A DNA stretch of 64,000 nt from Podarcis tiliguerta. Taxonomy: Eukaryota. Numbering within the stretch: the stretch's first letter is position 1; each line of letters opens with the position of its first letter. Of this stretch, positions 38,985-51,200 are shown one piece after another. The notes beneath the pieces were generated by a model. The model saw nothing but the letters and a program-made list of their open reading frames with translations. It made no database searches and was not told the origin of the DNA. The stretch is taken from the NCBI GenBank assembly GCA_965153285.1, contig OZ229114.1; one strand, given 5' to 3'. The translations under genes and the position numbers were made by a program.

Positions 38985-39340
38985 AATAGCCTGCCTATAT
39001 CTTAAGATCTTCAGACGAGGCCCTTCTCCAAGGACCTTCCTTATTGGAACTGTGCTATAAAATTACAAAGGTTTTTTTCATCAGCGGCACCTAAGTTCTG
39101 GAATGCCCCCCCTAAGGAGGCATAGCTGGTGCCTGCTTTACAAGCTTTCAGACCACAGGTTAAGCTATTTTAATCTACACAGGCATTTTTTTTAAAGTGT
39201 TATTTTGGGTTATTTTATTATTTCTTTTGATGGTATTGATTTTTCTTCTTTGTTGCACATCATGATCTACATTTGTTGTTCACTGCTTTGATGAAGGCGA
39301 GTATAGAAGCATTTTAACAAAATAATAATAATAAAAATAA
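38985..39340 (+). mobile_element. L2-like LINE 3' remnant
   Basis: ttaagatcttcag...gcggcacctaagttctggaatgcccccc...T-rich UTR...(aat)n tail. Confidence 0.55.
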
Positions 39341-42300
39341 ATGTGAGCCTAAACAATACTTCTAATCCCTCCGTGCAAAGAAGTGATTACAACTGTTGGA
39401 AGGGATTTTCTTTCAAACATTCCTTCCTTTTTCACAGTGTTAAAAATTCCTGAATTCCTAGTTGACAAACACGAAGACCTAACTTTACATTTGACAACAC
39501 TGCTCATGTGACTAATTAAAAACAATATATATTGCAGCCAATAAATTACTATGTACTCTTACACCAAATGGGGGCTGTAATTTCTCAGAATAACTTGAAA
39601 TTGTCTCAAAGGGACAAAACAGAAGTTGTTTCCTCAGTGTGCTAGCTTGCTACCTCTACCATATCCTCAAGTTTAGTTGTGCTGAATGCTATTCAATTTG
39701 CTCACTTATTTACTGAGAATCCAGAGAAGACATGGCAGCTCTGAAGGAACCACTTCAAAAAAGTTAAAACTATACAAATCAGTTGATAAGGAGGAAAGAG
39801 GACCAAACTCATCTAAACTCCAGTGCAACTGTTCACTAGTAGACTATTTCCTCCCTTGAATGGACTCCTCATACACAGCCTAGCCATTTGATGCACGGTG
39901 AGGAACTTCAAGGATAGGAAGGAGGCAATGAAGTACTTTGAACACTTGCGAAGTATCTTCACAGTTAGCACTGAACAAGGTTAGAGCCAGCATAGATCAT
40001 TGGGGTGGGGACAGGACACTAATTTAGCTATTGACTGGAAGTATCCCAAACTGTGTGTTTGGCTCTTTCCACCAGTGCAAATGAGCTGTGAAGTTTTGTA
40101 ACATATAATCTCTTCTGGTTTGCTGACAAATATTTTAGACTTTTACGTTTAGATTGCAGCAATCCTGCATTGCATACCTGTCAGCCAGTGGACAGCGTTC
40201 CGAATGCAACTATTCAGAAATGTCAAACAAAATTTAGTAGGCAGCTTCATTTGTCAACATGAGAAAGGAAAAAGGAACACATGAGCCAAGAGCCCCCAAA
40301 CCACACAACCAGTGTGCGAGGGGTTGTTTATTTGGAGGTGGGGGTGGGAGAAGCAGATTTCCCCCAGGCATGTCCAAGCCATGAAGTACACACAAAGCAG
40401 CCCTCTGTATCTCAGCTATTGTGAAATAGCAATATGCTCAATATGGGCAAGCTAGTGCAAAATGGTGCTGCATCACTCTTAATAGTGACTAGGAACATCG
40501 TAGCTTTTGCAACAGCACTGGCAGCCGATTTGTTTTCACACAGAATGCAAGGTGCAGATGCTTAACTTTAAGACCCTCCATAGCCTCACCCTCACAACAT
40601 AAAATCACTTCTCCCCATATGTGGCTGGCAGCAATTCTTGTCAGAAGGCTGGGCCCTGCTCCAAATACCCTCACAATGGGAAGCAAGAACATCCGCTTTA
40701 AGGAACAAGGCCTTTATCCTGAGTACCTTCCTAGGGGAAGTGCAGAGCTGTTGTTTTATTTTGTTTTGTTTTAAGAGGGTGCAAAAAAAAAAAAAAAAAA
40801 GGATTCTTGGTTCACAAGGCATTTGGCTGTTTGTTTATTATAGGGTGGGTGCTGTTTTCTTTCAGTTGACTTTACTAGCTTAAGATTGCATTTAATATTT
40901 TTGTTACTGTGATCTCCCTTGAGCCCAGAAATGGAAGGATAAATATATTCAAAATAAATGAATAGATTTTTAAATTGTTGCTAAATCTCAGGAAATTTGA
41001 AAGTAAACACAATGTACCTTTCTCTAGGGAACCAAATAGCATGCACTTTGCTGGAGATGAGGAAGGATGGTTGATACATAAACCTGTAATTTTAGAACTA
41101 TCCACATAACCACATGCAGAAAATTTGAACAGGGTGCTGACACAGTGAGCATTACCATCACCTTGGTAGCACTTTCTCCTGCTATCCAACCAGATCGCGT
41201 TCAAACCATAGTTCAAACCAACTCTCTTTGGGTCTGTGTGCCCACATACATGATCACATGGAGAAATTCAGGAGTGTAAACTGACACTTGGGGATAGCAA
41301 ATGTTTGCCGTTTTCTGTGAGGTACAAGTAACAGTTCATATAAAGTATACTGGTTAAATGTAACATTCTGTAATAGGAAAATGTTACGTATTTAGCGTAC
41401 TTTTTCATGAAATAGTTCTAATTTTCATTTTGATAAATTGTTCCAACATTTTAAATACTGTACAAATATTTAGTGTTTGGAATTACTGTCATTAAAGCAT
41501 TAGACTAGGATTATAACTGCCTTTAGGTACATTAAGAAAAATCACTCACCCGGGTACAGAAATGTTTTTAAATCTTCTTTAGAAGTTGTTGGTGAGGGAG
41601 ACCTCTCCAAAGAAGGAATTCCTGTATGAGGAACAGGCTGATTTAGAGCAGGTGGCTCTCTATATAAATGGAGAACGTGTAAGGACAAGGATGGTGAGGG
41701 ATAGTTGACTGCGATGCAAGCATGTGAAGAACAGGTGCTAATATTTAGCTGGCATCCTGCTCAGAACAAAGCAGGATGGGAGTCAAGCTCACACCTTTGT
41801 GATTTAATCACAATTCAGTAGTATAATTCATCACCTTTCATCAACATCCTATTCACATCCTCATGTATCACCGCTAAAACTTCATAGCTGGGGAAGACCA
41901 GTTTCTAGTGACAAAATATTTAATGGTTTCAGATATCTTCCTAAATATTACATGGACACTGTAAAGATTGGTATTTATTAAAGTTTGTGAAGCAATTTTA
42001 CATATGGAAGATGAAATAAATAATTCAAGGACAATTCTGTTTGTCTCTAAAATTGCATGTGGTTTATGAAGATGAAATTGTGCATACTCTTCTTTGTTCA
42101 CTGTGAGAGTAGCATTTCGACACCTCAAGTGAGGAAAAGTCATTTGCATTCAATTTTTATTATTATTTAGAAACCCGTTTTGTCATTATTCATTTTTCTG
42201 TTGTAGGATACAGCAAGCATGAGCACTACCCAAGTTAACACTAGGTTGCTAGTGGTTATCGTCTGTCAAGCCGATGTGCACATTAAGTAACATTCACCAG

Positions 42301-44654
42301 CTCTGTGTAGACATAATGCCACTGATCCCTTAACCATGGTTAAGAGGCTTAGGGCTGCCTCATTCTTCCTTCAAACCTACCTTCCCTTTGCACAACCAAC
42401 TGTGGTGTCAAATTACATCAGCACTGAGACTAATAATGGTTACCATTAACCACAGTTAACTTTTCATTAGCGATTGAAACCAAGATTTGAAGTTGGTTTC
42501 CAAACATTAACATTGGTAAGTACAAGTGTAAACAAGCATGGTTGCAGCTTATAAGAAAAGGGATGAGGAAACACGCAGAAAATAGGAAGAAGGCAGCCCA
42601 CAAGCTACTCCCAGTTTGTTTGTTTTTTGACCATGGTAAAGATGCCAGCAGTATTACACCTATTTGCTTTAGCCCAAGGAATGCATATAAAGACTCTTAG
42701 GAAGATGTCACAAATCCTGAAATGTCCTGGTTCTTGGGTGTAAAAATGGCGCCCAATTTTTTGCCAATTTTGGGGGCTTCCTAAAAAAAGCACCCCGCTC
42801 TCTAGCTCTCAGAAGGGCTTACATATGATCAATTAAAACAAGACAGTCCCTATCTGTAGGCTTGCAATCTAAAAATACATGAAAGACAAGGGAAAAGTGA
42901 CAGGGAGGGAAGAAGAAAAATTTAGGCACAAATTTCTAAACAGTTGTTCCTCTAGTCACCAGCTGGCATAGTTCAAGGGCAGGAAGTGCCTGATGGAGCT
43001 GGACTTCCAGAAAAGCTAGTGAAATGAGCTCTGTTTCCTATCTCGCCCAGTGAGGCAGTCTGATGAAATGGCTGCCCCCAGATGACAAATGTAAATGTTG
43101 TAATTATATATTTATCAGGCTGGTGGTCCGGCAGAAGGAGAGCTATTCCCTGTCTTTGTTGTTGTTCTTAAAGTATTGCCGATTTTATCTTATTTATTAT
43201 ATACACAGCTTAAAGAGTTTTCTGATTAAGGTAAACTAACTAAAGTAAATTTAAAAAGTGCAAATTTGAATCTGAGCCAATCAGTTGTAAATATACTATG
43301 GACACAAATGTAACTCAGAAGTCTTAGGTAGGGAGGATCCACAAGTACGGGTTATGAGGCATCTATTATTTAATGTGACAAGGTTCATCACTTTTTTTGC
43401 TGGTAGTATTACTCAAGCCTGGCCTGGCTTGCTTGCATAATTTAGGATTGGCTCCTACAATAATAATTATAAACTACACTTCGGTAATCAGGGACAAGCT
43501 GCAGTGAAGGTTGGACCTGAGGGCTCACTCCCCCAACTTCCTTCTTCATTTGTTATAGGGGAATGAAAGCTTCTATTTTCACTTTTGATTAAATCCCATT
43601 TCCTGTTATGTACAAACTCAGAGCACTGTGAATTATTCTAACTCCAATTGCTTAAAACAAAGTAGGATTAAACTGTGCTCCTGATCTCCCCATCCCATAT
43701 CAATGAGTGACAGGAAAGACATCTGAAAACTGTAAATTTACTGTCAACAAGTGGGATTGCTAACTGCGGTAGCTTTGTCACAAGTCTCATAATTTAAAAA
43801 GATTATTTTAAAGTCTAAATTCATGACTATTCTATTTATTTTGTGTGTGCTTTCCAAAGTGTTTTTCTAGCCAAAGCTTGAAACTATGGCAGACGTGAAA
43901 GGCATTTAAAGCAGTTGGCAATGCTGGGTGAGCAAGGTTAAGCTTTTACATTTTCAGAGAGAATTGCTTGGCAAAGGAATTAAGTTTACAGCCCATCTTT
44001 GTAAGTGATGTTGCAGAGTTCCAGAATTGGAGGTGAAGGGCTGGGAAGCGAGCCTCCCCCAGTCTGGCAATAACATAACTTTTATGATATGAGCCCAAAT
44101 CCCTTTAATTTCAGCTAGACTTGTAAATAAGCTTGGCAAATCTGATCTGCCCCCCATCCCCTTCCAGTAGCAGCAACAGTGTTATGGAAGTGCAATGATG
44201 CCCAAAAACCTGACTGCAAACAAAAAGCTGCTGGTGAAAAATTGTAATAATTGTAATTATACAGGACCCAGCAGCCCTGACAAACTAAAATGCTCTGAGA
44301 GCTAAGCAGTTTATGTTGGTAAGGCTTTGAGGACCAATGGAAACCCAAGGAGTAGCCCTATTCCTCCCCTCCTTGTTTGTCCATTCACATCCCTCCATAC
44401 CTACATGCCTGCTGCTGCTGCAAAGTTAGGCAATGGGTATGGAGGCTCAGACAAGCAAGGGCTAGCAGGGACAGATTTGTAATGATTTAAGAAAAAAAAT
44501 CCCCAACCCCTTTTTTCTTTTAAAATTAAAACAGAAAACAGAAATAAAAGCTTGGAAAGAATGAGCCCTTCCCAGATTGATGTTAGACCAGTTTCCCTAC
44601 CTCTAGTTTTCACATCAACTCCTTGAGTTTCTTGTCTATGCCATATTATAAATC

Positions 44655-45080
44655 TTTTTATTCATTTATAGAAATATTTCCATACCGCTATTCATAAAAT
44701 ATATCAGAGCAGTTTGCAACAACAGTACACAAAACCACATAAAGAAGTTTAAACCAGAAATCAGCTATTGTGGAAAGATGAATTCCAAATCACCTGAACA
44801 GGCCTGATGGAATAGAAAAGTTTTCAGTGGGCATTTAAAAGTTGAAACCTGCTGATTCTCTACTGGCTGAGTATTCAACAGTATTGTGCCGATTACACTA
44901 TAGGCTCAGTTCCTTGCATTTGTCAAATGATCCCTGCCAACTCAGGGAACAACCAGTGGTGCTCCTGCAGATTATCTCAGTGGCCAAGCTGGGAAATAAG
45001 GGTCCCTGAGGTGCCCTAGACCTAAGTCATTCAGGACTCTTTAAATTAATACAAGGACCTTGAAACTGGCTCAGTGGTAG
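44655..45080 (-). mobile_element. L2-like LINE 3' remnant
   Basis: tttattcattt...ccataccgc tail, ggcctgatggaatagaaaagttttcag, gtccctgaggt motifs. Confidence 0.5.
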
Positions 45081-46385
45081 ATACATTGGCTTGCATAATT
45101 AAACAAAATATATAATAACAACGTACTGCTGAAGTCAGTGTCCTTGAGCCTGAATTGCTGTAACTGAAAAGGCAAAAACTGAAAGGCATGAAGCTATAAA
45201 TTGAGTGAACTGATTTTTAAAAGACATCTCATTGAAGATATTCAATGGAAGCCAACCTTGCATAGGTGGACTTCAGCTCTTCCTCAACTCTCTGGAACAG
45301 ATTTTGAGGCTGCTGGGGGGTGGGGAGAGGAAAAGTCCATAAGCAGGCATCTGTTCTATATGTGCATGGACAGAATTAGTTACAATCCATTATATATCAT
45401 CAATGCAATCTTATGTATGTTTACGCAGATGCAAGTATCACTCTGGTTCAATTGGGATTGCTCTCTAGAAGGCGTGTTACAACTAAAGCTACCAATTAAA
45501 TCTTTACATTTTAAAATCAAGTTCACTAGAAGCTTATGATATCTATATACTTCAACCAATCTTTATATGCCAACAATGCAGCAAATGAGTGGAAATCCCT
45601 TTAATTTAAGGGGAAAATCTAATTAACAGTGCAAACCTTTACATATTTACATAAACCTTTACATATAAACATGTTTACTTGAAAGTAACGGAGCAACCCA
45701 AGCCCCTGCAGGGCAGCTGTTGGGGGGCAGAGCCATTACCCCATATGCATCCCTGCCACTGGTAGTGAAAGGTTGGCTCGGAATCTGTTGGAGCCCACAT
45801 CTGTCTAGCTTCTCCTCCTGCCTTGGAACAAGCACCCCCCCCCAAGGGTTTGGAGTCCCTTTGAATTCAAGGGGGTTTACACATCAATAAGTGCATGTAA
45901 GATTAGAGCCTAACAATGTCATCCTATATATATCTCTACTCAGAAGTAAGTCCCATACATGACTGCAGCCTAAGCTAACATTTACACTGTGATTCAGACA
46001 CCTTAAAAAAAGTTAAGGTTCCCTTGGCATTCATCTCATAGCAGTAAATATAAGATATATATAAGCATTCTACCACTGGCCAATTCTGCACCCCAACTAT
46101 GACCTTGCAACTGTGTTTTTAAATGTCATATGCATGATCAAGTACCTTTTTAAAATAAAGATTTATATTTCTTCATTATTAAAGATACCCTGGATCTTCA
46201 TTTCACCCATGTTTCCGTAATCAATGGATCTTACCTTAACTCCTAGATTAAATTTGCATTTTAAGAAGAGGGGCAAATACCTTCCTTCATTGTTTTGGGC
46301 AGAAAAAGAAACAGAACAAAACAAGAATGGAAGGGGGGGGGGAGAATTAGCAGAAGGTCCTACTTCAGCTAAACCTTTGCAGTGA

Positions 46386-46540
46386 NNNNNNNNNNNNNNN
46401 NNNNNNNNNNNNNNNNNNNNNNNNNNNNNNNNNNNNNNNNNNNNNNNNNNNNNNNNNNNNNNNNNNNNNNNNNNNNNNNNNNNNNNNNNNNNNNNNNNNN
46501 NNNNNNNNNNNNNNNNNNNNNNNNNNNNNNNNNNNNNNNN
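46386..46540. other. Assembly gap (155 N)
   Basis: Run of N. Confidence 1.
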
Positions 46541-47887
46541 TTGGTTGTAGAGAAAAAATGTTTGACTCAAGAAGGAGGCTGCTCACATCTCAACAATGCT
46601 GTTGGTATTGTCTTATAAACAGACTAACACATTAAAAAGGGAAAACAGCTATAGATTTCCCCACCACCACCCAAATATGCATCCCTGAAGTCTTAATAAG
46701 AGTGATGAAGGACTAAGCAGTAAAGAGAGAGATATTCTGAGGTGTATGACATATTATCTATATTCAGAGGCATTTGTTTTCAGGGCACATAATGTGTGTT
46801 CAAACCATTTTCACCATGTTTAGAAAGAACGCCTGCCTTAATCTTAAAAGTGCATGAGCTCTACTGAAAAATGTTGTGCTCACAGGCTACCAGAAGCAAC
46901 CAGAAGCTTTTACCTACAGTATGACTTGCACAGGGTCGCTATTTGCTTTTTGTATTATGTCTGAAGTTTCTGAAGGAACACTAGATTATCAATTAAAGAT
47001 GCACTGGATAACAGCTATGACAAAATGTTGGCCTCTCCAAAAAAACATTTTATTACTCCCAAATTGAAAAATTCTGAATCTGTTTACAAGAAATCATTCA
47101 GAAATTGTTCTACCTGAACAGTCTTTAGAAGCTTTCATTTACAACCAAGCCCAGTTCAAATGGCAGTCACAAGGGCTCTTCTTTTCAACATTGCTAAAAA
47201 CATCATTTTAAGCAAATGAAGCATTTTCACAACCCTAGCTTCAAATTCTTTCAAAAGCATTTATTTATTTTTAAAAGCAGTATACTCTGTTGTACATATG
47301 GCATTCTCATATATTCAAGGTATTTCTACATATGTATTTATTTCACACATCATGAAATCTAAACTAAGAGCAATCTGTGCTTTAAAAAGCGTAAGAGCAA
47401 AAGTGGAACATTGTAACTTTTATCAGTTCCACCTTTAAAATGACACTGTCATTGTTCAGACATTGTTTTCACGCTCATAGATAGTACACTTTGGGGCACA
47501 AGCCAAATGTAAGTACTTTTAAATCTATTTTATCATAGCAGAATTGAGTTAAAGTATATGCTTAATTCTCCTATTGAAATCAATTGGATTTAAAATATGC
47601 TTCACCATGGTTGGATTGTGTCCTTTGTTAAGTCACTCACTTTCAATAAACATGCAGATCAATCCTAAAAACATTTACGTAGAAGAAAATTCCCCTTAAT
47701 TTAAAGGGACTTATTCCCAGTAGCTGCACACAGCATTGGGCACAAGTCAAATTATACAATTTACTAATCTGAGGCAATTTCTACAATTTCATTGGTGGCA
47801 AATGTTTTCACTGGGATTTAACTGAATGTAACCCATGCTAAGGATCTGCCAGTTATTTTCTTTCATTACAAATTTAATTCCATGGAC

Positions 47888-47912
47888 TATATATATATAT
47901 ATATATATATAT
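47888..47912. repeat. (TA)n microsatellite
   Basis: Direct read. Confidence 0.95.
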
Positions 47913-48816
47913 GTGCTTAGCTTCATCAATGTTAGAAACTTATCAGTTTATGTATTCTGTATACAGCTTGTAAAACCTGTATACAGCAAGAAAGGAATTT
48001 TAGGAGCATTCCCAACTTTTAATTAATTAGTTTCTATATTTCTATATTCTTCATCCAAGGATGACAGTTTGCAGTATAAAAAAACCAAAAATAATAGCAT
48101 GGTAACAAATGAAACCAATAACCCCCACCACAAAGTATTTATTTACCTAGTGGTTAATGATTGACTTTAGCATTAAATGCAGACTTATTTTGTTAACTGC
48201 TTCTATAGCCATAAATAATTCCAATAAGAAATCAACAGCATAGTGTTTTATTTGAAAAATCTTATGGAAAAAATAAAGGAAAAAAAGAAAAATCAATCCA
48301 AAAGGAATAATGATTACTGTCCAAGCTGGGGAGTTCCAGGATCACATCATTAGTTACTTGATAAGTTACTTGATAAATTTCATCAAGGAAACACTAACTG
48401 TTTCCTCTGAAAAGCACACTTGTGCTGATAACAACTGGGGGAAATCAGTCTAAAAATGAAACCTTTCAGCCTAATTGCCCTAGAAAGTGTTTAGTATCTA
48501 ATCTTATGTCCCTTGCAAATAACAGAAGCTGCAAGAGTCACTGTGAAATGATGGTTTGGCACAGTTGCCACTTTTATCTGCTGTGAACTAAGAAAAAAAT
48601 TTAAAAAGCTAAATTAAGTCACACTGTGCATCCTCATGCTGGAATTATTTATTATACACCAGGTAGATTAATGACTCTCCGGGTTGGTGCAGGTAAGAAT
48701 ATATATAAGTTTATTTCTAAGGCTATTGGTATGCTGATCCCCCCTCCCAGTAATTAAACATGAATACAACAATTCTAAAAGAAACCATATAAAGTAATAT
48801 ACTTTAAAGTAATTAC

Positions 48817-50533
48817 TTGGTTCAGGCGATGCCATGGTGGAGACAATGACTGGTGGCCCTGTGCGCCTTGTGGTTTTCTGATATGGAGAGTGTTGCATTG
48901 GAAAACTTGGTCCTGCTGGCACCAGGTTGGGCTCCATTTGGGTTCCTTGTTTTCGAATGAGTTGGGGGCTGTTGTGAGGACTGTGCATTGGGGACAATGG
49001 AGGATTCCTGTCCCGCTTCATCAGCTCCATGGGTACTGTGTATGTGGTCGAATATGCTGTTTTGGGACTTGGGTGTGGATTTGTTTGCAGTGCATTCATA
49101 GCTATTCCAGCTGGAGCAGTATAGCCAGTTGCTTGTCGGGTGTGCATATTGCACGGGCCAGAAGCACTGTATCCAGAGTTGAGAAGAAAAGGAGCACCTT
49201 GATGGGGCAAGCCAGATGCAGGGTAAGTTGCAGTTTCTAGAAGGTGTTGTGTCGGAGCACTAGATGGACGGCGAGTTATTTCTGCTACTCTTGGCGACAC
49301 GGGCTGCATAGAAGCAGCTGCAGGTGGGTGCATCACTGCACCATCTGCCATTGGGCTGGTGGCTGGGTGCATCGCATACTCATTCTGGAGCAATTCGCTT
49401 CGGTGACTAAAGCTGTTAGACCTGTGTCTGGGACGGATGATGGTGCTTTTCCTTTCCTGCCTCTGCATCTGCATCTCTGCTTTGTAAATATGGGCAATTC
49501 TAGAAAGCACTCTCGCCTGCCCTAGATTCGGAGCAACTGATTTTATGTCATTCTCCTCCATCATCGCCAGCATGCTTGGAGAATCAAATCCCTGCTGCAG
49601 CAAGGCATTGAGCGTGCTTTCGGATACTCCTTCAGAACGCAGAAGTGCCAAGAACTCTGGATCCACATTCCTTTTAATGTCTTGTCCTGGGAAAGGTGGA
49701 GGCACCTGAGTTTGTGAAGGAGTTGTGGCTGTTTCGCAGCTGTCATAAGGAGCTTTTGCACCGACCGTCTCCCGGACTGGTCCATAACCACGGTTTATGC
49801 TTCCATCAGGAGCTGCCGTTGAGTTTGGATCAACTACCAAACATGTTGGGGTAACTTGCCTACTGCCTGCAGCATCTATAGATCTGTCCACTGTGTCATT
49901 ATAAGCTGGCCGGTTCAGAAATGCTGGAGGTTCTGCCCCGTACCTGGGCATTAGAGGTTCAACACCATACCTTGCGTGAGAAGGATCTCTGTTTCGAATC
50001 CTCTGCGCCTCAGGGACCATCTTAGTCATTGGATCTCTATACATGCGGCTGGCTTCATGCGGGGCAGGTGACCGGACTTGCATCTGATCCCAAGCCAATC
50101 TGCCATAATTCGGTAATGGTCTGTTAATCATGTGGTCTCTATAGTAGCGTGGATCTTTAGGTGATCTGGCAGCTAGCGAAGGGTCACTGTAGTAATCCTG
50201 AGGTGGCAAGGAACTTCGTGCAGACATCGTAGGCTGTCTGTCGTAGTAAGCAAACTCAGGGACGGAACCTTTCCGCAAAGGACCTTGGTGAAAAACTGGC
50301 TCCTGGTATGGATATGGCTCCTGCTTCAGCTCCGCACCTCCCTGCAAGATGATATCGTGTGGTCTTTGGGTTGGCTGCTCATACCAAACTCCCTCACCAC
50401 CGTAGGTTAAAGAATTCCTTCTCCCCGGAGGTCTCTGGTAGTCGAACGAACTTTCATTCTCCCAATTGCCTTCATACCATCCTGCAGCATCCCAGCTCTG
50501 AGAGCGGCCAATGTGTTTGCTTGGAATTGGCAT
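48817..50533 (-). CDS. CTBP2: RIBEYE-specific first exon encoding the synaptic-ribbon A-domain (572 codons + 1 nt)
   Basis: ORF starts MPIPSKHIGRSQSWDAAGWYEG and ends TGPPVIVSTMASPEP, the recognisable RIBEYE A-domain termini. Donor CCAA|GTAATT at 48817/48816 is phase 1 and joins A|GT (Ser) to IRPQIM. Confidence 0.95.
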
Positions 50534-50829
50534 TGGTACACAGCAATGTTCAGCTTAAATAATGGCAAGCAAGCTCTCTTGTCAAAGCTTCAGTTACACG
50601 CATAAAAAAAGCAAAAACAAACAAACAAAATGCACTGTATTTGAATCCTTCTGCGGCTTCAAGAAACAGCCCAACAGGTGGTTTACGATTTCAAAGTGTT
50701 GCCTGAATTATTAATTCTTCGAAACATAAGTAGACAAAACACAGAAAGACCCAACAGTAACCTAGCCTGGCTCCAAAAACTGCAGAATGGAAAGGTCTTT
50801 CCTGTAGAATTCAGAAACAGAAAAGGGAT

Positions 50830-51200
50830 GCTGCACTTAATCCAGATGGTTTATCCCTTCCTGCTTGGGATGGCTTGCTCACATGGACAACTAGTCAAAC
50901 AGTGTGTGGGGATTAAGGGCTAAATAAAGCCCCTAAAGCTTTTGTTCCATGTGACACCATTTGAGCCTGATGCAACCTACTGCACCGGCTGACCCAGACA
51001 CCTCTGTAGATATTCTTCCTCTGATCATAGCTACTACATGCTATTTATATTTATTTGTTTTCTATGCATAACACAGGATTCCTTTAAGATTTTACCTTCC
51101 CTCTCCCATGGCAGGAAAATAAAGAGGGTGGGGAGAATGGCAAGAGAGCTTCAATGTCAATTCAATCTTAATCCATTCTGATGAAATGCTAATCCACTAT
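50830..51200 (-). promoter_or_regulatory. Putative RIBEYE (retinal) promoter with a CRX/OTX2 K50-homeodomain motif cluster
   Basis: TAATCC/GGATTA at 50838, 50910, 51169 and 51190. TATAAAT on the minus strand at 51043-51049. Located 0.3-0.7 kb upstream of the RIBEYE ATG. Confidence 0.6.

Noticed and set aside
46163-46618. ORFs containing X runs
   Set aside because: Artefacts of the N gap.
48668-48816. Last 49 codons of the 621-aa ORF as part of canonical RIBEYE
   Set aside because: They lie past the splice donor. Kept only as a hypothetical alternative ending (see findings).
48822-50562. Overlapping and antisense ORFs (110, 116, 93, 76, 67 aa) within the RIBEYE exon
   Set aside because: Expected shadows of a GC-richer coding exon, with no independent signals.
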